64,000 bases of DNA from Octopus vulgaris (lineage: Eukaryota). The translations under genes were made by a program, and so were the position numbers. The notes under the pieces were generated by a model. The model was not told the DNA's origin and made no database searches. It worked only from the letters and a program-made list of their open reading frames with translations. How positions within the stretch are numbered: the stretch's first letter is position 1; every line of letters starts with the position of its first letter. Positions 1 to 13,761 of the stretch are shown in pieces. Location of the stretch: assembly GCA_951406725.2 (NCBI GenBank), contig OX597827.1, positions 60,016,001 through 60,080,000 of the forward strand. The letters run 5' to 3'.

Positions 1-489
1 GAACATGCCTGTGGTCAGTGAATAGACCTTAGAAGGTCTAAAGCCGAAATACGATGAATAGTGAAAATACTAGCTTATTCATGGAGTGAAGAGGCTCAAT
101 TGAAAGATCCTATCCGAAGGCCGTGATTGGTCAGTTTACACACTGGCGCGAAATAAGTAGAGAGACAGACCGCGCTAGATGCTAACCAATCAGATCAGTG
201 GACACAACCGGGTTAAACTAGCCAAAGATGGTTGTAATCTCAAACGAGATCATTCTTAATGTTTTTCTCAAACAGTGAGGATATCAGTATTGCTACAGGA
301 CAAACCGGGAAAACGGTGATTTACATATGTTTTTCTCTAATTTGTTGTATTTTTTTTGTATGTAGGGTCTTCCAAACTTTCTTAATCGATATGGTCGTAC
401 ATTGGCATTAGAGAATATTTTCTAGTTTTTGCATTTATTTATTATTTATTTATATGTTGTAATTGTGCATTGTTATTTGGTTATAGAAT

Positions 490-877
490 GATGGAAGCAC
501 TCCGTCGGTTACGACGACGAGGGTTCCGGTTGATCCGAATCAACGGAACAGCCTGCTCTTGAAATTAACGTGTAAGTGGCTGAGCACTCCACAGACACGT
601 GTACCCTTAACGTAGTTCTCGGGGATATTCAGCGTGACACAGAGAGTGACAAGGCCGGCCCTTTGAAATACAGGTACAACAGAAACGGGAAGTAAGAGTG
701 AGAGAAAGTTGTGGTGAAAGAGTACAGCAGGGATCACCACCATCCCCTGCCGGAGCCTCGTGGAACTTTTAGGTGTTTTCGCTCAATAAACACTCACAAC
801 GCCCGCTCTGGGAATCGAAACCGCGATCCTATGACCGCGAGTCCGCTGCCCTAACCACTGGGCCATTGCGCCTCCAC
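490..877 (-). mobile_element. tRNA-derived SINE (head type B, tail type 1; octopus OR-like)
   Basis: Minus-strand head GTGGAGGCGCAATGGCCCAGTGGTTAGGGCAGC with A box and B box (GGTTTCGATTCCC); 11-bp TSD GGTTATAGAAT at 479-489 and 878-888; near-identical copy at 58531-58915. Confidence 0.92.
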
Positions 878-1320
878 GGTTATAGAATATTATAAAAGTG
901 AAAGGATTTTATCTATTCATTTCGACTGTCCACACTGTGATTAAATTAAACTAGGAACACTGTACGCGATGAATATCCAATACCAAACAATCTTAATCTC
1001 CATATTTAAACTGCATTAAACTTTGGCACGCTTACCTTTTACCTAATCTGAGTTACATGAAAGGTGATGTTCCCTTCCCTCTCTTCTATTTGTTGATACC
1101 TTTGCTCACCTACCAATGCGTTGTTTCACATGAAGGATGTTTATTTACCCATCCATTATGATATTTCGAACACGATATCTTTTCACTGCGAACTGCTAAA
1201 GATTCAAAGCAGTATTCGTGAACTGAAGTCAAACTTTTCATGTCTTTACTTTTAGTTACCTGAAGTCACTTACAGAATGGTCGTACATTGTAAGCACGTA
1301 GCAAATACATTCCTTTAAAT

Positions 1321-1620
1321 CTACTTTTTCAAGTAGGTATATTGCCATTTTTGAACGTACCAATCATACCTCTCTCCGAAAAATAGCTCTCTTTGCTGTT
1401 GAATAAAATAAGCTCGCAGAGGGGAAGTTTCAACCTCTTCCTTCAATTTCCTTACACCATTTATATGGCTGTTTCTGACAATAAATTTTGCTCTCGTGTA
1501 AAACAATTATATTCTGTGACAATTATTCGTAATCTACTCTCAAAACACTTCAGTAGCCCAAATTTGCATCGCTGCAAACTTATATGTTCTGTGATCATCA
1601 AAGTGCAACGGCCTCCACAA
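1321..1620 (-). pseudogene. Possible highly decayed, internally deleted mariner-like transposase remnant
   Basis: Minus-strand frames give YKWCKEIEGR (HTH-like) and QQQRELFFGERYDWYVQKWQY, resembling mariner N- and C-terminal motifs; multiple stops, weak. Confidence 0.25.
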
Positions 1621-1776
1621 TAACCAGGCTTCAATTTGGTTTTCTGTTCCTAGGTTAATCGGAATCATAGATTGCCGTGCTACTCATAGTATTTCTCGGT
1701 GGAGAATACCACCAAACCAACTAAAACCACCCAAAGAAAGGGTGCGTTTGCTAGTACTTCTATAGTGCTTTTATTA

Positions 1777-2234
<458 letters not shown>

Positions 2235-2242
2235 AATTTAGG

Positions 2243-2372
2243 TGGCGGGGGTGAAGGTGGCGGGGTGGAGGTGGCGGAGGTGGAGGTGGCGGGGGTTTTG
2301 GTGGAGGTGGCGGGGGTGGAGGTGGCGGGGGTGGAGGTGGCGGGGGTGGAGGTGGCGGGGGTGGAGGTGGCG
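2243..2372 (+). repeat. 15-bp G-rich minisatellite (GGTGGCGGGGGTGGA)n
   Basis: About 8 tandem units read directly. Confidence 0.85.
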
Positions 2373-2989
2373 GTGGTGGTGGTAATGATGATAATGACAA
2401 CAACGACGGTGACGAAGATCGTTATGATCATGATGATGATGAAGATTACGACGGCGATGGTGACAACGATGATGCTGGGGATCATGATGTCGACAAAGAT
2501 GACAACGATGACGACGACAGGGGAGGAGGAGAGAGGGGAGGAGGAGGAGGAGAGGAAGAGGAGGAGGATGGGCGGCAGCAGGAGCAGGAACAGAAGTAGG
2601 AGGAGTGTAGGAGGAGTACGAGAGGAGGAGGAGGAGGAGGAAGAAGAAGTGGAAGATGGGGGGATGGGGGGAGGAGGCGGAGAGAAGGAGGGGTGAGGAG
2701 AAAGAGGGAGAGGAGGAGGAGGAAGAGGAGAAAGAGGAAACGAGGAGGAGGAGGAAGAATAGGAGGCGGAGGAAACCGATCTGGTCATTTCCGATCAACC
2801 ATTTTCCGTTTCAATGATATCCACCCCGTCTTTTTCATCGGGTATTTGTACCAGAGGTTATACTACCGAGTGTGCCCACCGTTTTTCATGACCTTAGGAT
2901 GTAGAATGAAAGATATTGCGTTGCTATTTCTAGCAGGTGTAGCATCCACATAGAGACTCACTTTGTTAGTGTGGTCTTAGGTTGGCAGT

Positions 2990-4010
2990 GGTAGTAGCGA
3001 CGGAAGGTGATAGTGGTGGTGGCGGCACTTATGTTGGTGCTGGTAGTGGTGGTGGTGCTGGTACTGGTGGTGGTGTTAGCACTGATGGTAATGGCGGTGG
3101 CGGAGGTGGTGGCGGTGGTAGTGGTATTGTTAATAGCGATTAAGTCGGTAAGGGTGTTGTCAGTGGAGGGGTCTGCTGATACTGTCGGTAAGTAATACAG
3201 ATGTAGAGGATGCGGTGGTGCTGTTGAGGATGGTATAGGCGGTAGTGGTAACAACAGCTCTAAGGCTGCCAGTAGAAGCAGATTAGTGCGATGGTTTGGT
3301 CATAGTAATGATGGTGGTGTTGGTGTGGTGCTGGTGATAGTGGGAGTGTTTATAATGGTAGTAGTGGCGGTGATGGCAGTTATTGTGGTGGTGGTGATAA
3401 GGGTGCTGTTGTTGCGAGTGATGAAGGTAGTGATGGTGGTGGTAGTGGCAACAGTGGTGGTGGTGATGGTGGTGGTGGCTGTGCTGGTGCTTCTGGTGAT
3501 GGTTGTGGTGGTGGTGGTGGTTCTAGTAGTGGTGGTTGTAGTGATGGTGGTGGTAGCGGTGGTAGTCGATAGTCGTAGCGCCAGTAGTGGTTGTAGTAGA
3601 GCTATTGTTGTTGGTGGTGGTGGCGGTGGCAGTGTTGGTGGTGGTGGTGCTACTGCTGCTGCTGCTGGTGTTGGTGCTGGTGGTGCTGGTGCTGGTGCTG
3701 GTGCTGGTGTTGCTAGTGGTAGTGGTGGTGATGGTGGTAGTGGTGCTGGTTGTGATGGTGTTGCTGGTTGTGATGGTGTTGCTGTTGCTTGTGCTGGCGG
3801 TGGAAGTGATGATGGTGGTATTGTTGATGGCACTGGCCATAGTGGTAATGATTATGTAAGTGGTGGTGAAGATGGTAATGGTGGCGGAGTTGTTATTGTT
3901 GTTGTTGTTGTTGGTAGTGGTGGTGGTGGTGCTGCTGCTGCTACTGCTGCTGGTGCTGGTGCTGGTGCTGGTGCTGGTGGTGGTGGTGGTGGTACTGATA
4001 CAGTTTTTTA
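2990..4010. repeat. Compound (GGT/GCT/GAT)n trinucleotide tract
   Basis: Degenerate trinucleotide repeats; source of the poly-V/G/T/P ORFs. Confidence 0.85.
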
Positions 4011-4737
4011 GTACCATTCGTAGTACTGATAAACAGCCTAACCAGTTTGGTTTGGTGGCGATTATGAATTTGGAGACGAAAGAGAGGCAACAGTGTGGAG
4101 GGTTCTTGGTGGCGGTAACGCTAACCGTCACGGTTGTCTTGACAACTGGCGCGTTTTCGAAACGTACCTGAGACATCTGGGGGAACATTCTCCTAAGAAA
4201 GTCATAAAATGGCGCCGTTCAGCAACAAAACTTTACCATCATTCAGTCGATAAAATAAGAAATAGAAGCCATTTTGTTATTTTTTTAGTTCAACAAAACT
4301 GCGGCTCCTACATATTTTATTGCACACAAATGACTTTTAAGTGCACTAATATACATATTCCCAGTCTGTATGTCTGTGTGTATGTCTCTTTGCTTATGGA
4401 GACGTATATATTTTGTGCGTTTATGTGTATTTGTATGTATGTATGCAATTTCTATTTGTGAGTGAGAGATTGTCTGATAGATAGAATGAAAAAGGGAGAA
4501 GAAGAGACGGTGTCAAAGGAAAGACACTGCTCTGAATATGTATGTATGTATGTGTGTATACATATGAGTATATATATATATATATAGTGTACATATGTAC
4601 ACATATATTTATCTTTATATGCATGTGTATTTGCATGTATGTATATGTTCATACATGTACATACATACACACATGCACACACACACATATATATATATAT
4701 GTCATATGTTATATATGTGCGTGAGCGTGTATGATTA

Positions 4738-5167
4738 CGCGGGTTCAGTCATACTGCGTGGCACCTTGGGTGTATTCTATTATAGCCTCGGGCCTACCAA
4801 GGACTTGTGAGTGGATTTGGTAGACGGAAACTGAAAGAAGCCCGTCGCATATATATATATATATATATAATGTATGTATGTATGTATGTATGTATGTATG
4901 TATGTATGTATGTATCTATGTATGTATGTATGTATGTATGTATGTATGTGTATATGTTTGTGTGTCTGTGTTAGTCCCCCCAACATCGTTTGACAACCGA
5001 TGCTGGTGTGTTTACGTACCCGTAACATAGCGGTTCGGCAAAAGAGACCGATAGAATAAGTACTCGACTTACAACGAATAGGTCCTGGGTCGATTTGCTC
5101 GACTAAAGGCGGTGCTCCAGCATGGCCACAATCAAATTACTGAAACAAGTAAAAGAGTAAAAGAGTA
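4738..5167 (+). mobile_element. SINE family A, 5'-truncated
   Basis: Body, internal (TA)n(TATG)n and AAAAGAGTAAAAGAG tail. Confidence 0.88.
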
Positions 5168-5230
5168 ACTGGTAATTTGGAAATCTCACTGTTACTGACT
5201 TCTCAACATTCTCTTATTATGAATTAATAA

Positions 5231-5642
5231 CTCTTTTTACTCTTTTTACTTGTTTCAGTCATTTGACTGCGGCCATGCTGGAGCACCGCCTTTAGTCGAG
5301 CAAATCGACCCCGGGACTTATTCTTTTGTAAGCCCAGTACTTATTCTATCGGTCTCTTTTGCCGAACCGCTAAGTGACGGGGACGTAAACACACCAGCAT
5401 CGGTTGTCAAGCAATGCTAGGGGAACAAACACAGACACACAAACATATTCACACACACTTATATATATATACATATATACGACAGGCTTCTTTCAGTTTC
5501 CGTCTACCAAACCCACTCACAAGGCATTGGTCGGCCCGGAGCTATAGCAGAAGACACGTGCCCAAGATGCCACGCAGTGGGACTGAACCCGGAACCATGT
5601 GGTTGGTTAGCAAGCTACTTACCAAACAGCCACTCCTGCGCC
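5231..5642 (-). mobile_element. SINE family A, full length
   Basis: Head GGCGCAGGAGTGGCTG through the tail; tail-to-tail with the 4738-5167 copy. Confidence 0.9.
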
Positions 5643-5760
5643 TAATAAGCATATCATCGTTTTGATTCTCACTGTCCACAATGCATCAGCAAATAATTTG
5701 TTTGATGAACTTACAAACAAAGGCTACGAAATCTTGTTAAATCCATTAGTCCGAGATAGC

Positions 5761-5806
5761 TTTGTCTGAGGAGGCACAACGATGTCGAAACAATGGGTGT
5801 CCCAAA
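5761..5806 (+). ncRNA. Candidate hammerhead ribozyme (imperfect stem I)
   Basis: tttgt CTGAGGA ggca-caacga-tgtc GAAA ca-atggg-tg TC ccaaa; the first stem I pair is mismatched. Confidence 0.4.
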
Positions 5807-5979
5807 AATCCCTTACGTTGGTGAATCGAATATGTTATGAATACACATTCGTCTAAAAGAAGTTGTCCTTAAAGACGAAATACAAAAGCGATTAGCATAT
5901 TCATGTTCGAATTTACCAAAACGCGTTATGAATGAATATATATGTCATAGCAGTATAGCGCATTAGTCTTATTTTTAAG

Positions 5980-6206
5980 ATGAGTGGAAACATGTCATCA
6001 CATGGCGGTGATGAAAGTAGCATGAAAAAAAGTGATAAAGGGAATGCGTGGTATGTTAAGCAAGGGTTTAATTAATGCGGGACAAACCTCAGACATAGCT
6101 ACAAAAGCTTCAAAACATGTAAAGCCTACTTTGAGAACTATACATAGTAATTATGATAAAATGTCATGCGGTCAAGCAGCTACTCTACTAACTACCTGCA
6201 CATAGT
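5980..6206 (+). pseudogene. Possible pogo/Tigger-type transposase N-terminal remnant
   Basis: One frame reads GQTSDIATKASKHVKPTLRTIHSNYDKMSCGQAATLLTT, resembling the CENP-B-type HTH S/TIRTI..N.DKI segment; disrupted. Confidence 0.3.
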
Positions 6207-6436
6207 TTTCTTCAAAAGTTTCGTGTGATAATTAAAGTGTAACGGCTCCTGAGTGTGTGATTCGATAATCAGACAGAATATGTAATGATAAACTCGATGG
6301 TCATTCAAACAAAAGCTTAAAGCTTTTTTCGTATTTCATTGCCTTATATCTTCCTCTTCAAACATTTTTTTCTATAATACAGTTCTATATTTAAGAGATG
6401 AGGAATTATGTACACTATTTACATTATTTACATTTA

Positions 6437-6738
6437 GTGGAGGCGCAATGGCCCAGTGGTTAGGGCAGTCGTAGGATCGCGGTTTCGATTCCCAGACCGG
6501 GCGTTGTGAGTGTTTATTGAGCGAAAACACCTAAATCTCCACGAAGCTCCTGCAGGAGGTGGTGGCGATCCCTGCTCTACTCTTTCGCCACAACTTTCTC
6601 TCACCCTTTCTTCTGTTAGCCTCCTCGCTTAGCCAGCGGAGTGGCGTCACTTGATGGCTAAAACAATGCGAAGCGCATTGTGACCAGCGATGTGTAGCAA
6701 CATCTGATATCCTGGTTGGTTACGGTGATCACGGTGAT
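6437..6738 (+). mobile_element. tRNA-derived SINE (head type B, tail type 2)
   Basis: Same head as 490-877 but a different 3' part ending CACGGTGAT; homologous to 42497-42793. Confidence 0.9.
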
Positions 6739-6745
6739 TTATATA

Positions 6746-7008
6746 TGACGGGCATATGGCATAGTGGTTAAAAGCGCGGCCTACTAACGCCAATATTCAG
6801 AGTTCGATTCCAGGCAGTGACTTGAATAATAATAATAAGGATTATAATAGTAATAACAACATCGAAAAATACCTTAGGAATGAGAACCAGGTTCGAAATT
6901 TCCGCAAGACACCTGATGAAGGCTGGAGGGTATATCAGCCGAAACGTTGTGTTAACAACAAACAAGATGAGGACAAATATCCGTCAAATGTAAATTATGT
7001 AAATAATT
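6746..7008 (+). mobile_element. tRNA-headed SINE-like element with a hammerhead-bearing (PLE-like) tail
   Basis: A box TGGCATAGTGG 6757-6767, B box GAGTTCGATTCC 6800-6811, (AAT)n spacer, hammerhead 6908-6953. Confidence 0.7.
6908..6953 (+). ncRNA. Minimal type I hammerhead ribozyme
   Basis: gacac CTGATGA a ggctg-gagggtatat-cagcc GAAA cg TT gtgtt; intact core, stems I and II, palindromic minimal stem III. Confidence 0.75.
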
Positions 7009-7429
7009 TTTTGTATGTATACTCTACCAACTTAAATAGGATAATTGTATTTAGAAAAATGTTTTTATGCAATTATTTCGTGCTTTCCATTGCCTGCATT
7101 TTAAATTCAGTTTAAAATCGACACTCGTGGCATCGACTGGCAACTTACTCTAAAGCTAATTACAGCATTGTAATATCATTGCTTATAACGCAAACTGACA
7201 GCAAAAGCGCCATGTATGCAAATTCTGTGTGCCCCGATGTAACAAAGGCCTTAATTCAAAGAGCAACAAATAAAACGTCTTCGTGGCTTGTAGTAGTCGA
7301 GCTGTTTCGTTACTAACGAGATTTCGAAAAGAACTGAAACCGTTCGCATAGATCCCTCACTTTGTGTTCCAACAGGAATTGTTTAAAAGACAGACAGTTC
7401 ATCATGATTGCTATGTGTATTATGCATGT

Positions 7430-7490
7430 ATAGCTGCAGACATACTTACACATGCATACACGCACTCACACACAATCACATATACACACA

Positions 7491-7547
<57 letters not shown>

Positions 7548-7742
7548 GTATACATACATATATATATCAACTTACTTAAATGTGTATGTGCGTGTGTTGA
7601 TACGTATATATATATGTATATATATATATGTATATATACATATATATGCATATATATATATATGTGTGTGTATATGTATATATACATGTATATATATAGA
7701 GAGAGAGACAAATATATATGTAAATGTGTGTATAAATATATA

Positions 7743-7775
<33 letters not shown>

Positions 7776-7844
7776 ATATATGCACACACACTCACATACA
7801 TAAATATACAGAGGGACAAATAGACTGATAGATATGTATGACTG

Positions 7845-7891
<47 letters not shown>

Positions 7892-7953
7892 GCCAGTGTG
7901 TGTGTGTGTGTCTTTATGCATATTCACGTATACGTATCATTATATTTTAGTAG

Positions 7954-7994
<41 letters not shown>

Positions 7995-8309
7995 AGTGTG
8001 TGTGTCTGTATGCATATACACATATACGTATCATTATATTTTGGGAGCTATAGAATCCACTGGGATTAATATCCAACCAGTTAACAGCGTGAAACCATGC
8101 TTTGGGTTTTATGGTACCGTTACTAATATATAATGTAGACACACGCACACAGAACATGTATGCACACTCATGTTTACATATACACACACGCCTCCACGCC
8201 TCTTCACAAGTCCCTGCAAGTCCTTATTGGATAATTTATGGTTTCCACATGTAAACTCATAAAAACAAATGCATATAAATGTGTGCTTGAGTGTGTGTGT
8301 ATTATATAA

Positions 8310-8370
<61 letters not shown>

Positions 8371-8638
8371 TATATGAATATACATACACAGACACACAAC
8401 TATATATATATATATATACACATACATGCATATATATATATATAAGCGCTCATATAGACGCATATATATATATAATATATATATATGCCTAAAATCATAT
8501 GTAAATGTTTATATATGTATGTATATACACGTATGTATAAATATATATATACACACACAAACACATATATATTCAGAGAGAGTGAGAGAGAGAGAAATGT
8601 AAAGAAAGTAAAAAGAAAGAAAGAAAGAAAGAAAGAAA

Positions 8639-8672
<34 letters not shown>

Positions 8673-8753
8673 GAAAAAGAAGGAAAGTAAGAGAAAGAAA
8701 AAGAAAAAAGAAAGATAGAAGGAAATAGAAATAATCATATACATATGATATAG

Positions 8754-8793
<40 letters not shown>

Positions 8794-8830
8794 TCATACT
8801 CAGACACACACACAAACACACACACATATA
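7430..8830. repeat. Dinucleotide microsatellite field ((CA)n, (TA)n, (GAAA)n)
   Basis: Read directly. Confidence 0.9.
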
Positions 8831-8884
8831 TATTCTTTTACTTGTTTTAGCCATGTAGCTTTCGGTCATGCTGGAGCATCACCG

Positions 8885-9698
8885 TGATCCTTTTGATTTC
8901 CTCAGTCTGAGTTCTTTCACATCACCACTCCTGTATGTGCCCATTTAGTGTATAAGGGAGTTTGATTCCGCCGCCCTCGACTGCACCTCATGTCGGACTG
9001 TTGGTTCATCCGGTATTGTGGAGAAGAGGATGTCTAGTTCCTTTTTGAAGACATCTACTCAAACCTTATGCAGATTTCTTAATTTTTGTGTCAGGGCATT
9101 GAAGCGCTGTGGCCCTTCAATGTATTTCAGTACCTGGTCCTGAATTTGGATGGAGTGGGTGGTACCTTTGGTACAATACAATGGCGGCCAGTTCTCGTAT
9201 TTGTATAACATTCAATGCCGAAATTAAGAACTAGCCCGTCTAGAATTTCCCAAATGTAGATTATTACATATCTCTCACGCCCTCGCTTCAAGGAGTAAAG
9301 TTGCAGTTTTCTCAGCCTATCCCTGTAGCTCATCCGCTGCACAGTCTCAATCGTTTTAGTGTAGTAGCATTTGACTGCTCCATGAGCTGCTGTTAGTTTG
9401 GCACTATGTGGTGACCATAACAGGGAGCAGTTGTCCAGGCGGTTGAGAACAAAGGTTCACCACAAGGTCAACATAGTTTCTTGGTCTCTTGTCTTGAAGG
9501 ACCTCATTATCCATCCTGCCAGTTGTCTGCACTTTGAGGCCATCTTGGTAATGTGCATATAAAATGATGCGTCATTGCACATACTGATCCACAAGTCTTA
9601 CACTGCCTTTGACTCTGGGATTGTAGTGCCTTCGGGTCCCGTATATACAGGCTGTAGCACATTCGTGAGTTGATTGTGCCGTGCTTGAAATTTTCCAG
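8885..9698 (-). mobile_element. Decayed CR1/L2-clade LINE, ORF2 C-terminus plus 3' UTR
   Basis: Minus-strand translation HITKMASKCRQLAGWIMRSFKTRDQETMLTLW*TFVLNRLDNCSLLWSP ... MSYRDRLRKLQLYSLKRGRERYVIIYIWEILDGLV, typical post-RT motifs; contains stops. Confidence 0.85.
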
Positions 9699-10064
9699 TT
9701 TCAGTTTAAAATATAAACAGTATATTATTAATAGACTACGTACGTTTCGTGGCTATATCTTCAATTCGAATTACAATTAAATTTAAATTTAATAATAATA
9801 ATATGTACTTTTTTCACGAGTAAATTTTAAAACGCTAAGTAATAAGTTTTTAGTTTTTAAATAAATATATATATATACACTTTTCATTTTTCATACACTC
9901 ACATTTCATACACATTTTTATATACATTTCATACACATTTTTCATACACACAGGCCTTTCCACGCCACCGATATTACGTAAAGGAAAGGCAAAAGCCGAT
10001 ACAGCTTGTAATTAAATTATGTTGCTGACTCTTCGTTTCTTCTTTTATTATTTTTATCCTTATA

Positions 10065-10277
10065 AGGCGGTGATCTAACAGAATCGTTAACACACCGGGT
10101 GAAATGCCTAGCGGTATTTCGTCTGCCGCTGCGTTCTGAGTTCAAATTCCGCCGAGGTTGACTTCGCCTTTCATCCTTTCGAGAGTCGATAAGCTAAGTA
10201 CCAGTCGAGTACTGGGGTCGATGTATTCGACTATCCTCCTCCCCCAGATTTCAGGTTTGGCGCCTTTAGTGGAAAGA
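10065..10277 (+). mobile_element. Nin/Deu-domain-like tRNA SINE (family D, alternative tail)
   Basis: GAGTTCAAATTCCGCCGAGGTTGACTTCGCCTTTCATCCTTTCG...AGTACCAG central domain. Confidence 0.8.
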
Positions 10278-12172
10278 TTTGTTCTTATTTTCTTATATTT
10301 TATTTTTTATTTTTTTAAATTTTATATATATTTTTTATTTTTATCTGTTTATTTTCCTATATAAAAAAATTGATTTTTCATCAGGCTTAACCATAATTTT
10401 GTTTCTCTTTCTGTCTGCGCCAGTTTTGATCACCTTTGATCATTTCTCTTTTTCCTTCTTTTATCAGCTTTTATTTTCTTTCGACATTATACCAGTTATA
10501 TAACCTCCGTAGACTTTTCATCAATGTCATCATTTTACTGTTTTTAAAATATTTTTTCCATCTATACAGATTTTTCATCATTGTATTTTTTTAAAATATT
10601 ATATTCCAATAACCTTCCCTTTCACCTCACAATCGCACCTACCTCATTCTCTCCCCCCACCGTCCACGTCTTTCTCTTATATGCAAAACGATGACACCTA
10701 TGTAAGATCCTCACACACATCACTATTCCACACTGCAGCATTTCCGTAATTGTACACCTAGACACACCTAAAGAAACCACAAGCTCCCCATAACACACAC
10801 ACATACACACACATCCCCGTATGTCAATCTCAAAGGGCACGGATACCATCCTTTATATGTACACACCACCCCATCTCCTCTTCCACCCTTCCTAACTTTC
10901 CTTCATAGAACCGCATTACAACGTTGTAAATAGACTACCTTGAGTAATACATTCATTACCATTATTTTTTGCAACCTGAAAAATTAGCCATTGGAGATAA
11001 CTCAAATATGATCGGCGTTATTTCGTTTGCGTGACATGAAATATATAAACAGTAGCATTTATAAGAGTGATACATAATATGTATCCGTCTGTGCGTATGT
11101 ATCGGTATATATGTGTGTGCATAGCAATGTAGTAGCAATTAGTATTATACAGCAATAACCTAAAAGTTTCGTGCATCCAGCTTCTCTGTTTTAATTACTA
11201 TAATCCTAATACGAGCCTAGCTATATTAAGGCTTTAGATACGGGTCTGTACTCATAGCTACAATAGGCATAAATACACTTAATTGCACTTAAACACATGT
11301 ATTCATGTACGCCATTCTCTACTTTTCTTACTGCATGCATGTATGAACGTATATATGCATGTATATTTTGTATTATATAACTAATATCAGGCGGAAAGCT
11401 GGCAGAATAATTAACACAGCAGAGAAAATGCCTTATGGCATTGCTTCCGGCTTTCCGTTCTGGGTTCAAATTCCGTCGAGTTCGTCTTTTCCTGTCATCG
11501 TTTTCGAGATGAAAAAAAATATACCAGTTGAGCACTGGGTTCGCGCTCATAAACTAACCTCTTCCACAAAAACTTTCCAGGCTTTCTGCCCATAGACGAA
11601 GGACTTGTATTATACAATGCACGCATTTTATATTGAACTTTATCAGTAACAATGTATATGCGTGTATACACAAATTTTGCCTATCTACGTCTCCATAAGT
11701 GTGCGTGCTTATTTGAGTATATGTAAGTATACAATGTGCGTGCATGTGTATGATTGCACGTTTATGTCTGGGCTACATGAACGATTAATTATTAAACCTA
11801 ATTCGGTTGTTCCTGGCACATTGTACGTATTTACAAGTAAAGCCCTACGCCTCACATTCAAGCGTCTCACAAACACTAAAATAATTAAAGGATTACAACA
11901 GGCAATCTTTCATTTCCTCTTTAGGATCAGAGTGAGAATTTTACTTTAAACCTTTTCTCAATCTCTGTTCGTCGAACCGTAAAATCTCACCCTAAAGCTC
12001 TACATGGATGACGTAATGATGTTTGGTTGGGAAAAACATTAATTTAACTGGGTTTTCGGTTTTGAAGCCCATAATTCATTGTTATTTTACGCTTTTGTTT
12101 TTCTTTTCACTTTTAGCTTTCTTTTCTTAATGTGTATAATGAAACAGCATGTATATAAATACTTCATAAGGC

Positions 12173-12207
<35 letters not shown>

Positions 12208-12228
12208 TACATACATACATATATATAC

Positions 12229-12289
<61 letters not shown>

Positions 12290-12305
12290 GTGCGTGTGTT
12301 TGCGT

Positions 12306-12530
12306 GTGGAGGTGCATTGTTTAGTGGTTAAGGTGTTGGACTCATGATCGTAGGATTCTACTTTCGATTCCTGGATCGGGTGACGCGTTTTGTTCTTGAG
12401 CAAAACACATCATTTCATGTTGTTCCAATCCACTCTCAGCTAGCAAAAATGAGTAACCCTGCGACAGCCCACAGTCCTGTTCAGGTGGAGAATATATATG
12501 CACACCAGAGAAACCAGGAAACCGGCCCTA
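12306..12530 (+). mobile_element. CORE-type tRNA SINE (head type C), diverged
   Basis: tRNA-like head plus GTTCTTGAGCAAAACAC...CACTC..AGCT..AAAAATGAGTA core-like segment. Confidence 0.75.
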
Positions 12531-12639
12531 TGCACCATACGGAGGAATGCAGAGTAACCATATGTGTGTGTTTGTATGTAAACGCGTGCGCGTTTATGTG
12601 TATACATACATACCACTTTATTGCTCTACTAAATATTCT

Positions 12640-12958
12640 TTTCTACTCAAGGCACAAGGCCCGAAATTTTGCGGGAGGTGACTTGTCGATTAGATCGACA
12701 CCAGTACGCAACTGGTACTTAATTTATCGACCTCGAAAGGATGAAATGCAAAGTCGACCTCGGCGGAATTTGAACTCAGAACATATATACATATATACGA
12801 TGGGCTTCTTTCAGTTTCCGTCAACCAAATCCACTCACAAGGCTTTGATCGGCCCGAGGCTATAGTAGAAGACACTTGCCCAAGGTGCCACGCAGTGGGA
12901 CTGAACCCGGAACCAAGTGGTTGGTAAGAAAGCTACTTACCACACAGCCACTCCTGCA
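12640..12958 (-). mobile_element. Adjacent family D fragment and family A 5' half
   Basis: Similarity to other copies in the window. Confidence 0.8.
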
Positions 12959-13611
12959 CATTTGATTTTTAAAAATTTGTTTCCCCAACTATTTCTACAA
13001 ATAATTTAGTTTTAACGCTTCATACAATATAATCTATTTTTATTTAATAGAATTCAATTTAATGCCTGTTAACATGACTTTTCTAAATAAAAATTAATGC
13101 CATGTATTGTCAGAATATATCTTCCTTAAATTTTATTTAGCACTTGACTGTTGTATCAAACTACAAATCCATTCTTGTTATGGACCGCCACTAAATAAAG
13201 ACATTAAACGCAAATTAAAAATCTCTAGTTGCTGCTCCGCGCAGATTTCTATACACAAACGTTTGATAACATTTAACCTCTCTTAACATGAACTTTGTTG
13301 GAAGATAAGAACTAAGGGAATGTAATATGATGCGTACATTGTCTACTCACACAACCTAAGCAGCTGAGATTAGTAGTGTTTGGAAAATCTAACAGAGCAA
13401 CTTTTGAGGTCCGTAGAGAAAACTTTGTGAGATGACTGTTCCAGTAGTTAATTGATTAATTGGTTATCTAATTGATTTAATTGATCGATTATGTGTAAAA
13501 ACCATTGTATGTTATATGTTCGGTTACGCAAGCTTTGCGAAACATATACCGCAAAGAAAGCCATTTAACACTTCATTCTTTGTCTGATTCAATACATAGT
13601 GTGTGTGTGTA

Positions 13612-13643
<32 letters not shown>

Positions 13644-13761
13644 TGTGTGTGTATGAATGAATCTTCTCGGTTGCTGCGAGAAGCAAAACAACACCAATCT
13701 TTGGAGCGTGTTCAATTGAGTATATGCATGTATATGTATGTACGTACGTATGTATGTATGT

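Noticed and set aside
540-743. Duplicated 67-aa ORF (also 58579-58782)
   Set aside because: Lies inside two copies of the same SINE; not evidence of a gene
5980-6050. Possible exon (TTTTTAAG|ATG ... TG|GTATGT)
   Set aside because: Isolated, no partner exons or recognisable protein; may be a transposase relic
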